Origin: Cyanophora paradoxa CCMP329
Lineage: Eukaryota > Plantae > Glaucophyta
Assembly (NCBI GenBank): GCA_004431415.1
Contig: QPMI01000654.1
Location: forward strand, 1 to 57,375
Direction of reading: 5' to 3'
DNA length: 57,375 nucleotides
Made by a program: the position numbers and the translations under genes. Shown here in pieces: positions 37,776-48,685 of this stretch. Each line of letters starts with the position of its first letter. Position 1 is the stretch's first letter. Under the pieces are notes generated by a model that ran no database searches, was not told where the DNA came from, and saw only the letters and a program-made list of their open reading frames with translations.

Positions 37776-39343
37776 TTGGCCCCCCCCCATAATTTTTTCC
37801 CAGGTGCGCGCCCGAAACTCCGACCGGATTCGAACCCGGGTTTTTTTGATACTGCTAGTCGGCGACCCCCGACACCCATTGGACGCCCTTTACCCGAATT
37901 CCCCCCTCACAGGTCTCCCGATTCGTCGAGGCTTGTCATTTCCGAAATCCTCTCCACATTCCCTCCGCGTCAGATTCTGATTGGTCGGTGCCCTATCCTT
38001 CTCCTCAATCAAATCATATGCATATATCCTCGACCACTGTCGCACGGGTTAAGCCCTCGAAATCCACCTTCGATTCTATCGGTGACCAATCGGCGCCCTG
38101 TCCGCGTCGCGCGCGTGCCCTCAGGAGGGAATCGTCCTCCCCCAAATCGAGCCCGGGTCTTCTGATCAGGAACCGAGAATCCTAACCGCTAGGCTAAAAC
38201 CGCAACCGAAATCGGGAAGTTTTCAGGCGGGTATTTGAACCGCTTCCCACCCACGACTCGGAAGGAAGGTGGGACCCTGGAAAAATTTCAAGCCGCCCCG
38301 CGACACAGTGCGGCGCCGCAGCGAGCACTGTAAGCGGCGCAGCGCATGCTCATGATCGCTATTCTAGCGCTGGAAGGGTCGAATTCAAGGTCGCAGTCAC
38401 CCCGAAATTTCGGAATCACTATCAGTCACCCGAAAACTTGATTCAAATGCATGGACCAGCCGATTCCTGTCTGCCAACGCGCGAGAGCAATGCGTATAGA
38501 TGCGCATAGACTAAATAGAGCGTGTGCCGTCCCGAAATTCGCCTTCGAGCGCCGCCACAGCACGAGAAGGCGAACTGCAGAAAAATGCGATTGTGCACTC
38601 TCCCATCGATCTTTCCGCGCGCCCACGCCGCAGCGCGTGCGCGGAACAATAGGATAAGCATTTGAGATATAGAGCAAGCATTCCTCATGCTTTGCAGATG
38701 CGCCGGGCCGCGAGAGCCCAGAAGACCCCGAAAATTCGATGCTGAACGCACCTGCACATCTTTCCGTGCGCCCTCGCATCCTCACGTATGCGTATCGCTA
38801 CAGTATTCATTTCAAAGCTTTTCAAAGCTTTGCGCAAGCTCGTCTGCGCGAAAGAGCACAGGAATCCAGCCGCGCCGACGCCAAACTTTCGATCCTGGAC
38901 AGACCTGCATATCTTTCCGCGCGCCCTCGCCTCCACAGCCCTGCAGATCGATACTATATGCATTTGAGATTCTGTTTAAGCGAATCGCAGGCTCTGCGCA
39001 TGCGCATGACAACGAGAACCCCGCTCCGGCCCTCTCAGTGCACATGTACATGTCCTTTATTAATCTAGCGCATATGCATGCAAGGCCGTTATTAATCTAG
39101 ACTCTGAGATCTCCTACCCCAATATTGATACCGCCCGCACTGCAGCTGGCAATGCAATCTAGCTCTCAAGAAAAATCAATGTCCTGAAGGCGGCGCCCGG
39201 GGGAGTCGGGGGATCATGAAGGCGGCTCTTGCGCGCGATCATGTAGGCGGGGCCCGGGGGAGTCGGGGGACGAGGCGGACGGGAGGGAGGGGCGGGGGGG
39301 GGGGGGGGGGGGGGGGGGGCCTTCCCGCGTGAGCGGGGTGCTT

Positions 39344-39344
<1 letters not shown>
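37776..39344 (+). mobile_element. Helitron-like element, copy 4 (more diverged subfamily)
   Basis: Starts TTGGCCCCCCCCCATAATTTTTTCCCAGG and ends CTTCCCGCGTGAGCGGGGTGCTTG. Followed by (TA)n at ~39346-39404. Confidence 0.7.
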
Positions 39345-39404
<60 letters not shown>

Positions 39405-39408
<4 letters not shown>

Positions 39409-41119
39409 ATTGGCGTTGTTGGCCCGCTCTGCTGTGCTGTGGCTGCCCAGCTGTGCTCCCAGCCCGTGCGCTACACGCGAGATTGCCCCGAGGGGTGGTG
39501 GGGCTGTATTGGGAGCCGTGGTGCGGTCCCGGAGGGTACAGCAAGACTACTGACTGGGGTACATGGTAAGAGTGGCTCGACTCAGTGGAAACCAGGCTGG
39601 CAACATCTCCCTCACTGGTAAGACCACGTCCACGTGGTCCACATCGGAACGGCAACGACTACGCCCGCGTGGTCGGGGCCGGGACGGAAAACGCTTAGGC
39701 CTGGCAGTGAACCAAGGGCCAGAAGGGGTACAACTCAAAGGCCGTCCGAAAGATCGAGGGTACGCCAAGGGAACGAGGGGTACAGGGATCTCCCTCACTG
39801 GTAAGGTGAAAGCTACCGAGGGGGGATCTCCCTCACTGGTAAGGATGAAGCCACTACGGAACTGCGAGCGGCCGCATCTGAGCAAGACAGCAAGAGGGAT
39901 CGGTCAGAGCCATCCTTCCGCAGGGGCCATCACTCAGGCGGGAGGCTAGCAGCTCGGGACCGGCGAGGCAACTCTCTTCGGGGCTCCAACGGGCCATGGC
40001 AGGCTATGCGACTCATCGGATACATCATCCGGGATTGGAAGGGGCAGCGCCGCATCGGATACATCATCCGTGGGCCATCGGGCAGCGATAAGGGTCACGA
40101 CTGAACGGCGCGGGGGCCGGACTCCCAGTCGGTTGCGACAGACTCTCAGTCGGAAGCAAGATAGACTCTCAAAGCTCATAGACTCTCAAGGCGACTGGCA
40201 TGGGTAGCCGAGTCGCGGGACACGCATAGATGGTTCCCTTCTAAGAGCGACTCTCGGGGGGCGAGCTGCTAATGCGACGGAAAGAACGAGAGAGAGCGTA
40301 TCTTCAGCGTGAAGATGTAGCTTGGTCGCCGCCTCCAGTCCGTATGCGCAGGTCCGGGCGATCGCGGCCATGTGCGCGCCGGTCTGGTTGGGCGGACTCC
40401 CGGGACGCGCAGCACTCGCAGACAGCGCTCGCCTTTGGCGCCCTTGCTCACGCGCGCGGAGCGCGGCGTGCTGGGTCGCTGAGGTACGCAAGCCGAGGCT
40501 CATGCCGGAATCACCCGGCCTCCGATGCGCAATGGCGCTGATCGACGTGGAAAGAACACCAGCTCTCGATCAGGCCGCACGGATTACGCTGGAATCACCC
40601 AGCTGCCAAGGCTGCTGCAGGCGGCACGGGAATCACCCGACGGTCCGACGCGGTCCAGAGCGCGAGGGCGAGGGCCGGTCGCGGGGCATCACCCGGTGCT
40701 GCTGCTGACGAGCACATCGCTGCGGTCGCGGTTGGGATCGCCGTCTTCTTCTCCTCCCTCCGCTTTTGAAGATTCGGCCTCCGTGCCGATCGTCCCCCTC
40801 CTTCTCGTAGTCCAGCGATCGCGCGCACTCTCCACCATGTAGAATCCACGGACTCTCCACCGGCGCATCGACGTCCGCAGCGTCCGTCGACGGGGCCAGC
40901 GGCTGTCGCGGCGAGGGTATTATTGGTGTTGTTGGGCCCGCTCTGCTGTGCTGTGGCTGCCCAGCTGTGCTCCCAGCCCGTGCGCTACACGCGAGATTGC
41001 CCCGAGGGGTGGTGGGGCTGTATTGGGAGCCGTGGTGCGGTCCCGGAGGGTACAGCAAGACTACTGACTGGGGTACATGGTAAGAGTGGCTCGACTCAGT
41101 GGAAACCAGGCTGGCAACA
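39405..41119 (-). mobile_element. Non-autonomous LTR-flanked element (TRIM/LARD-like), ~1.7 kb
   Basis: Near-identical ~201-bp direct repeats at 39405-39605 and 40918-41119. On the minus strand each begins TGTTG, and a purine tract AGTGAGGGAGA abuts the left repeat. There is no gag/pol ORF, and both flanks are TA-rich. Confidence 0.7.
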
Positions 41120-41124
41120 ATATA

Positions 41125-42680
41125 CAAGACACCCGCTCACGCGGGGAAGGCCCCCCCCCTCCCCCCACCCCTTCCCACCCGTCCACATTCGTTCGATTAG
41201 TTTAGATCGAAGGGAAAGGACATTGCATTTGATTTAAATCAGTACACGAGCTCGAGGTAGATCTGTAAGTAGATCTGTTTCGCAATTTTCGTGGTGCTAG
41301 TTAGGGCTGCGGAGGCGAGAGGAGAAGGCCTAGGACATTGATTTTTCTTATATTGGGCGGTATTGTAATTGGGGTAGGAGATCTAGATTAATCAAGGCCT
41401 AGGCGAGAGTTTTGAGGAGAGATCATCGGATGTGCACATGCACTGAGAGGGCCGGGCCGGGGCGGGGTTCTCGTGGTCAGGCGCATGTACAGAGCCTCGG
41501 AGCCTGCGAATCGCTTAAATAGAATCTCGAATGCATAAAGTATTGATCTGCCGCAGTGCTGGCCTAGGGCTGCGGAGGCGAGGGCGGGCGGAAAGATATT
41601 GATGTGCAGCTGCATATGCATGCAGGTCTCTGCAGGATCGAATTGTTGGCGTCGGCTGAGTTTTCGTGCTCTGTCCCGGCCGCAGAGCTTGCGCAAAACT
41701 TTGTAAAGCTGTCAAATAAATATTTTAGCGACGCGCATGCGTCAGGATGCGAGGGCGTGAGGACAGATGTTCAGGTCCGTGCAGGATCGAATTTTCGGGG
41801 ACGGCTGGGTTCTCGCGGCCCGGCGCATCTAGAGAGCGAAGGGAATGCTTTCTCTATATCTCAAATGCATATACTATTGTTCCGCGCATGCGCCGCGGCG
41901 TGGGCGCGCGGAAAGTTCGATGGGAGAGTGCAGAATCGCATTTTTTGCTGCGCATGCAGTTTGCCTTCTCGTGCTTCGCTGGCGCTCGAAGGCGAATTTC
42001 GGGGCAACGCAGGCTTTTATAAGTCTATGCGCATCTATGCGCATTGCTCTCGTGCATTGTCGGACAGGGATCGGCTGGCCCATGCATGTGGATCAAATTT
42101 TCGAGTGACTCGGATCGATTCCGAAATTTCGGGGTGACTGCGAGCTTGAGTTCGACCTTTCCAGCGGTATGTTAGCGATATTTACCATGCGCTGCGTCGC
42201 TCGCAGTGCTCGCTGCGGCGCCGCATTGCGTCGCGGGGCGGCTGGAAAATTTTCCAGGGTCCCACCATCGTTGCCAGTCGTGGGTGGGAGGCGGTTCAAA
42301 TACCCGCCTGAGAACTACCGATTTCGGTTGCGGTTTTAGCCTAGCGGTTAGGATTCTCGGTTCCTGACCCAAAAACCCGGGTTCGGGTCTGGGGGGGAGG
42401 ATTCCTTCCTGAGGGCACGCACGCGACACGGACAGGGCACCGATTGGTCACCGATAGCGGGTAACTGGACCGAGCGTGCGCTAGTGGTCGAGCCGGGTAG
42501 AAGGTATAACATATGATATACTAGAGGGGGAAGAAACGGCACGGACCAATCACCGAGCGGGCACCGATAGGGCACGGTGCTGGGACGGTGGGGGCGGAAG
42601 TTGAGGGGAGCAGTCGTAGTGGAATGCCGCCTGGAGTAATTCGTGCGGCGACCTGGGAAAAAATTATGGGGGGGGCCCAA
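41125..42680 (-). mobile_element. Helitron-like element, copy 5 (inverted)
   Basis: The reverse complement reads TATA|TTGGGCCCCCCCCATAATTTTTTCCCAGG ... CCTTCCCCGCGTGAGCGGGTGTCTTG|TATA. Confidence 0.75.
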
Positions 42681-42896
42681 TATATGTATATACGTGGGCC
42701 TTTGTGAAGCGTTGAGCTCTCGAGCTTGCCCCTTCGCTGTCAATGCATTGTTAACCCTCGGAGGTTGCATGAGTCACGCGTCGCGGAGGTTTGGGTGTTA
42801 TATTGCGATCAGGTACACGCTGCACTAACAGGGGGGCTAGCACTAACCGACGCGGGGAGTAACAGCCGGTGTACCCCTCGGGGGGCCTCCCGGCCT

Positions 42897-43674
42897 CTAA
42901 CGATGCTCAGGCTCTAACTGAATGCTGTACCCCCCGCTGTTACTGCCCGAACCTTCCGAACTTGCGTAATTCGGCCTCGCCCTGTACCCAGTGGCTGGTG
43001 TCGTCCATCCATTCGCGTACCTCCCTCTGACGCTTGAGTGACTCACGCTGCTCGGGGTAGGGGAGGGGGGCCTTCGAGGCGGGGTGGGGAAGGGGTACGG
43101 TGGCAAAATTCAGCCACTCGGGGGTATGCCGAATTCGCCGTGAACGATCCTCTGCGGTGTGAAATACCGGTCGCTGCTCACGGCCAAGTGGAAGAACGCG
43201 CTCCTGAGCCCGGAGAGGAAGCGTGGTTGCATGAATGGCTGCTGGAGGGACTCGTCGCGCCAGGGGGCTACGAAATCAATGATACGCTGCTGTACCTGCG
43301 CGGGCAGGGCAAGGATCTGGCTCTTGCGGTTCGCAAAGGCCGTCCACAGCGCTTGCAGGTCGGCCCAATCGCCGTTCAGATCCCTGCGTTCGCGCCTCAG
43401 GTACGATCTCGGGTTCTCTGTCATACCCATCAAGCCCGCGGCCCTGATCATCTCCCTGTCCGGGAGCTCTCGCTCGTCGTGGAATTCGTCTCTAATCCAG
43501 CGCACAAGGTAGAGCACGCGCTCCATGAAGTTCTCCGCCGGCGAGCCGCCCCTGAGGACGTGCGCCTCCCTCCAGCACTGCGTTCGCATCCTCCAAGTCC
43601 ACGTTCCGCTGTCGAATCTCCCCGTCCAGGTCGCCGTTGTTGTACAGCACGTCGGACTCGCGTGTTCGCGCCAT
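42897..43674 (-). CDS. Orphan protein, paralog of the 43709-44407 gene (frameshifted)
   Basis: MARTRESDVLYNNGDLDGEIRQRNVDLEDA, then a frame change to ..LYLVRWIRDEF..EMIRAAG..LWTAFANRKSQILALPAQVQQRIIDF..LSGLRSAF. The 3' end is uncertain (43110 or 42897). Confidence 0.6.
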
Positions 43675-43708
43675 GCTCGCGGCTCGGTGAGAATTTATAC
43701 CTGTACCC

Positions 43709-44407
43709 CTACTCGCGGTCGGGGTACCTGTCGCCGGGCATCAGCCTCGCGCGCTTCCGCATCTCCGCCTCCCCGGGTAGCCAGTTCTTCGGGTCGTTGC
43801 TCCACTCCTCCCATTCGCGTATGTCCCGTCTGACGTCACGCGGGGCGGGGGCGTTTATCGGTGGGGCGGGCGGGGCTGGCAGGGCCTGGCGCGGGGGGTT
43901 GAGGCCCCTGTTCCACGAGTACTCGGGGTACTCTTCCCATCCCAGGGGTACCAGATTCATCGGAATTGGCTCAACTTCGAATTGGGGCTTTTTGACGTGA
44001 TAATCATAGTTTGTGACATACGCCGTCACAGCCGAGCGCAAGCGCGAGAGGTCGCGCAAATTTACGTCGTCCCATTGCGAGTCCCTTGCCTTCGCGTACC
44101 ACTCGAGGATTTGCATGCGAATGTGGTCCGGGAGGGTCGAGAGTATGCTGAGCTTGGAGCCCAGGGCGAACCAGATGCGCTTGAACTCGTCGATAATCCT
44201 GCCCTCGTCGTGGCTCCGAACGTAAAGGGCCCCGCCAGAGTTGTAATGCGTGTCTAGCCACCCTGCCCGGGCCAGCTCTAGCACCGGCCAGGGTTGGCGC
44301 TGTCGATTCGGTCGCGAGGCCTGCTCTACCACCCAGCGTCTAAGGTCCTTGACCTGATCTATGAACTGTGCGATCACGTCCCTGGGCGCTTCCTCTGCAT
44401 CCGACAT
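43709..44407 (-). CDS. Orphan intronless protein (~232 aa)
   Basis: Clean ORF MSDAEEAPRDVIAQFIDQVKDLRRWV...IWFALGSKLSILSTLPDHIRMQILEWY...LSRLRSAV...MPGDRYPDRE*, divergent from YqaJ across a 50-bp gap. Confidence 0.75.
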   Translation of the reverse strand: MSDAEEAPRDVIAQFIDQVKDLRRWVVEQASRPNRQRQPWPVLELARAGWLDTHYNSGGALYVRSHDEGRIIDEFKRIWFALGSKLSILSTLPDHIRMQILEWYAKARDSQWDDVNLRDLSRLRSAVTAYVTNYDYHVKKPQFEVEPIPMNLVPLGWEEYPEYSWNRGLNPPRQALPAPPAPPINAPAPRDVRRDIREWEEWSNDPKNWLPGEAEMRKRARLMPGDRYPDRE

Positions 44408-44457
44408 TTGCAATTGCACACATCAAGAAATTCTAAACGCTACTGCGAGGCTACGCT

Positions 44458-45113
44458 ATGCATACCGATACAAATTGCGAGACTTTGCAACAGGGGAGCG
44501 CAGCGTGGCACGCGGCGCGCCGTGAAAAACTAACTGCATCTAATTTTGCGGCTGCGTGCGGCATAAACCCCTGGAAATCCAGGGCCCGCCTGTGGGCGGA
44601 GCTAAGCGGGATAGCGGAGGAAAACAACTTTGACAACCCTGCCCTAACCTATGGGCATGACTATGAGCCCTCGCGGTCTCTCTCTACAAAACGTCGAACA
44701 ACAACGTGGACGTGCAACATACTGGATTGCACGAACATAAGGAACTGCCCTTCCTGGCGGGCAGCCCGGACGGGCTGATTGGAAGCGATCGTATACTTGA
44801 AATAAAATGCCCCTACAAACAAGAACTCTACGAAAAGGTCCCAACTTATTACATGCCCCAGCTCCAGGGCCTGCTGGACATAACGGGCCGCGAGTGGGCC
44901 GAACTTTTTTGCTTCACTCCTCTGCGCGTGCAAACGTGGTACGTCAGACGGGACGAGAGGTACATCAAGCTCATGAGGAAGTGCTTACATCTATTTTGGA
45001 TGCACGTCAAGGAGGGCACGCCGCCCGAGCCCTACAGCGATCGAATGAAGTCAGAGAACCTCAGCGAGGAGCAGGCGGCGCTGCGCGAGTTTAAGTCGTA
45101 CGCCCTCCTCTAG
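44458..45113 (+). CDS. YqaJ-like viral recombinase / lambda-exonuclease family nuclease (one apparent 1-nt deletion at ~44668-44670)
   Basis: LQQGSAAWHAARREKLTASNF..YGHDYEP(L)AVSLY..FLAGSPDGLI..ILEIKCPY..YYMPQLQGLL..RRDERY. The PD-(D/E)xK motifs are intact, and adding one C to the CCC run restores the frame. Confidence 0.9.
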
Positions 45114-45166
45114 TGTCCGGACCTTTCCAATACTCTATATGATTATTGGGAGGGTCCGACACGGTC

Positions 45167-45295
45167 CGGACACGTCTCTTGGTCAGACTACTTCTGTCCC
45201 AGGTCTTTGGAATCCAGGTCGTGTCCGTGTCCGGACGTGTCAAGAGACGGACACGTCTCTTGGTCAGACTACTTCTGTCCCAGGTCTTTGGAATC
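45167..45295 (+). repeat. Two exact 48-bp direct repeats with a 33-bp spacer and an overlapping hairpin
   Basis: CGGACACGTCTCTTGGTCAGACTACTTCTGTCCCAGGTCTTTGGAATC at 45167-45214 and 45248-45295. Hairpin CAAGAGACG-GACA-CGTCTCTTG at 45241-45262. Confidence 0.9.
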
Positions 45296-45399
45296 TTAAT
45301 ATAAATTTTCCCGGGACCCGGGACAGGGCTTGGTCGGACTCACCGTAGCTTGGTGTAGCTCAGGCCCAGGCCGGGTAGGCGAGTCTGTAATGAATCAGA

Positions 45400-48383
45400 C
45401 CGCGCAGGATTTGGTTGAGCTGCTCGGTGCAGGGGGGCGGGAAGGCGAGGCCGCGGAGGGCCATAGAGACGTAGCGGAAGGGGTGGGGAGGCGGCCCCTG
45501 TTATCCCACATGGCGTCCACTATGGCGTTGTGGACCACTTGCTCTGGGAGGGCGGGACGGGCCTGCGCGCACCGTTTCAGGGCCCTCAGCAGCCCTCGAA
45601 GATGTTGGAGTTGGCGTGCACCAGCGGGAGGGAGGGCTGGGACGGCGGCGGCGAGCCCGGGCCGAGCCCTGGGTGGCGAGGGCCTGCGAGGGCGCCGGCT
45701 CCAGCTCCATCTCGAACATACCGCCCTCGACGTCGACGGTCACGGGCGGCGAGGCCGGGATCGCGCCGGCCTGCTGCGTGGCGGGGACCTGAGCCGAGAA
45801 GTTCTCGAGCCGCCACTCGCGGCAGCCCTGGCACTCACCTGGACGAAGACGGTGCGGTTGGCGACGGGCGGCGTCGGCAGGGCCTGCGCGGGGGCGTCAC
45901 TTACAGAAGCCGAAGGCGCCGGCCTTGTGGGGCGGGGCGTCGGGGTCGCGGGGCGTGCTATAGGCCTCCGAGCCCTCCGATTCAGAGTCACTCACCGGGC
46001 TGAGAGGGTGGGGTGAGAAGAGGCCGAGGCGGGCCTTCTTGGCGGGCAGGAGGTGGGAGCCGTTGAGGGCGCAATCGGCGCGGTGGGCACACCTCTCTCC
46101 GTAGGTGGGGCAGAGGGCCGGGGCCGAGGGCGCCGGAGCCAAGGACGCCGGAGCCGAGGACGCCGGGGGCTGGAGGAGGCGGTGAGAGGGGCCGAGGAGG
46201 AGAGGAAGGGGGAAGGGCGCGGGCACCGGCGCCGGGACGAGGCCCTCCTCCAGCAGCCGCATCTGCGCCTCCTTCGCCTTCTCGTCGATGCGGGCCTCGA
46301 ACGTCGCCCAGTTGAAGCCGACGGCGTCCGCCTCCGCCAGCTCGGGGAGGCCGTGCTCGTCGAACGCCAGCGCGGGCCGCCCGCTGAAGCCGAACGGGGC
46401 GGGGGGCGAGAGCGCGTTGTCCCCGACGCCCCAGACGGCACTGAACGCCGTATCGTCCCAGCGCGCCTCCGCCTCCGCCTGGCCCTCGTCCCTTGCCTCG
46501 TCCACCTCCTTGGCGGAGAGCGACCCGATCTTGATGATGGAGGCCTGGATCAGCACAAACTCGCGCTGGAAGAATTGGACGAGCGGGATGGTAACTGCGG
46601 GAGAGGGGTGAGCGGGGAGAGCGCGGGGCGCAGGCCAAGGGCGGGGGCGCAGGCCAAGGGCGGGGCGGACGCACATTCGATGCCGTAGGCCACCTCCTTG
46701 ATGTAGCGGCCCCGGCGGCCGATCTCCTTGGCCAGCATGCTGCACTCCTTGCGCGCCGGGTGGCCGTGGCCCACTCCATGGCGATCATCGCCTTCGCCAG
46801 ACGGACGCCCTCGATGTGCCACTCGTCCATCAGCGCCTCCAGCTTGGCGCAGATGCGCATCCAGAAGAAGACGCGCTTGAGCTTGTCGCGGTCGAATTCG
46901 GCGTCGCCGCTCTTGCTGCCCCAGTCGCGCAGGTCCGTCTCCTCCGCCTTCTTCACCTTCTCGTACCAGCACTTGATCTTCTCCGCCTGGCGCTGGAACT
47001 CGTCCGCCCGCGCCGTGAGAACGTCCGACTCCTCCTGCGCTCCGAGGGCCCGGGGTCAGGGAGGAGAGGCGGGCTAAGCGGGGCGGCGGCGGACCGTGTG
47101 CGAGAGCTCGCCGACGATCACGGAGATGGCCGCCGAGAGGATCTCACGGGCGCGGGCCGGCCCGTTTGGGTGGCCCTCGCGCAGAACCTCCTCCAGCTTC
47201 AGCACGGCCGTCCGCGCGAGATCGCGGTGGCGCTGGCGGGTCTCGTCGCTCCGGCCCTGATCCACGAGAAGCTGGAGCTGGGGCCGCATGCCGGAGTCGC
47301 AGACGCTGGCGTACTTCAGAAGGGCCGCGCAGGAGAGCACCTTCTGCACGCTGACCAGCCAGTACGCGTAGCCAGCGGGCTCTCCGCGCTCGGGTTCTCC
47401 CCGACCTGCGGACGCGACCTTAGCGCGCGCAGGGCAGGGAAAGGGGAAAGGGCGGGCTCTCGCGCACGTAAATGTCATCGGCGCAGGAGAGGAACATGTG
47501 ATCAACGACGTCGAAGAAGCCGCCGGACGGGAGCGTGCCGACGCCGTGGTACGCGCCTTGGATGGTCTCGCCGGCGCAGATGCCGGCCTGGACGGTGACG
47601 GTGTACTGCGAGGCCGGCGGCCCTCCTTCACGTAGACGAAGTTGAGGTCGTACTTCTTGGCGTACGTCGGGTTGATGCGCTTGGTGACGATGACGTAATC
47701 GCACCGAACGCCGAGGCCGGACGGGCTGGCCTTCTCCTTCTCCGTCACCGACGCCAGGCACTGATCCCGCGCGATCAAGAGCTGCAGCGGCCCGCGCGTG
47801 AGCAAGCGCGGGCACGCGAGCGCAGGGAAGGGCCCTCACCCCGTGGGCGCCGCCGCTGCCGGATTTGAGGTCCGCGAGGAACTCCTTCTGCTCCGGAGTG
47901 CCGGAGAAGATCGCGCGCGGATGGAAATCGCGATGGAGCGCGATGCTGTTGAAGCAGCCCGCCGCCGCATTGTCGGACATCAGCAACAGCGCCACATCGC
48001 CGTGCGTGAAGCCGTACTTCGCCTTCACATGCTCCGGCAGCTCGTGAATGCTGTAAGGCACGATCTGCGCGCGGGGCACGCGAGCCGGGGCATGTGAGCC
48101 GGGCCGAAGCGGTGCGGGCGAAACCGCGAACCTCGTTGAACTTATTCACCGGCGTGAACTGGCCCTTGGTCTTCAAGCGCTTCGGGTGGCCGTCCGTGTT
48201 CTGGATCTTCTTCAGCCCGCCGAACGGCTCGAAGCGCGGCACGCCGGCCGAGTTGAACACGCTATCGCAGGTCATCGCGTTGAGCGCCTCCTCCGCCGAC
48301 AGGCTGCCGAGATCGCGGGCTATGCTGTCCTGCTCGCCGGGCTGCTGCTGCTTCGCGCACGAGCGGAAGGTCGCCGCCTGCAT
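45400..48383 (-). CDS. Large orphan multi-exon protein (with frameshifts)
   Basis: Exons MQAATFRSC..VNKFNE|IVPYSIHE..AHG|LLIARDQC..DDIY|VGEN..ELSHT|..WYEKVKK..AYGIE|..VQFFQREF..FNWATFEARIDEKAKEAQ. They are joined by GT...CTCAC/CTAA...CGCAG introns and show strong GC3 coding bias. The 3' end is uncertain. Confidence 0.6.
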
Positions 48384-48685
48384 CGCGAGTGTTACTGCCC
48401 GCGATGTCTCAACGGATTCCGTTCAACGTCGTACCCCCGCTGGCTTGTTCCCTCCCAACTCGCGAAGACTCAGACTTGAAGCCCGCTTCCCCCCCCTCAA
48501 AATGCGTACCCCCTTGGGCTCGAACCCCGGTCGGTTTCTCGCTTTTTTTTGACTGCCCAGTCCGGCGATGCAATGCAGGCCGCTCGTTCAAATCGGCTGG
48601 GAACTTGGCGCCAGAACCTTCGCAGCGCGCGCAGCACTCCCAGCAGAGCGCGCGCAGCACCGGCGGCAGCATCGGCGGCAGCAGC

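Noticed and set aside
33261-42770. Many 60-190 aa ORFs repeated across the element copies
   Set aside because: Frames and stops are not conserved between copies, and there are no transposase, HUH or RT motifs.
42854-42948. Possible structured ncRNA (AGTAACAGC...GCTGTTACT stem)
   Set aside because: It is a single short stem with no recognisable family features and could be chance.
43038-44000. 320-aa plus-strand ORF
   Set aside because: It is the antisense shadow of the two minus-strand paralogs, which have the protein-like composition.
45167-45295. CRISPR-like repeat-spacer-repeat
   Set aside because: There are only two repeats, the spacer is built from repeat-derived words, no cas genes are present, and the context is eukaryotic.
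48500-48560. Pol III B-box-like GGTTCGAGCCC (minus strand; also GGTTCGAATCC at ~37825)
   Set aside because: No cloverleaf, acceptor stem or properly spaced A-box could be built, so no tRNA was called.
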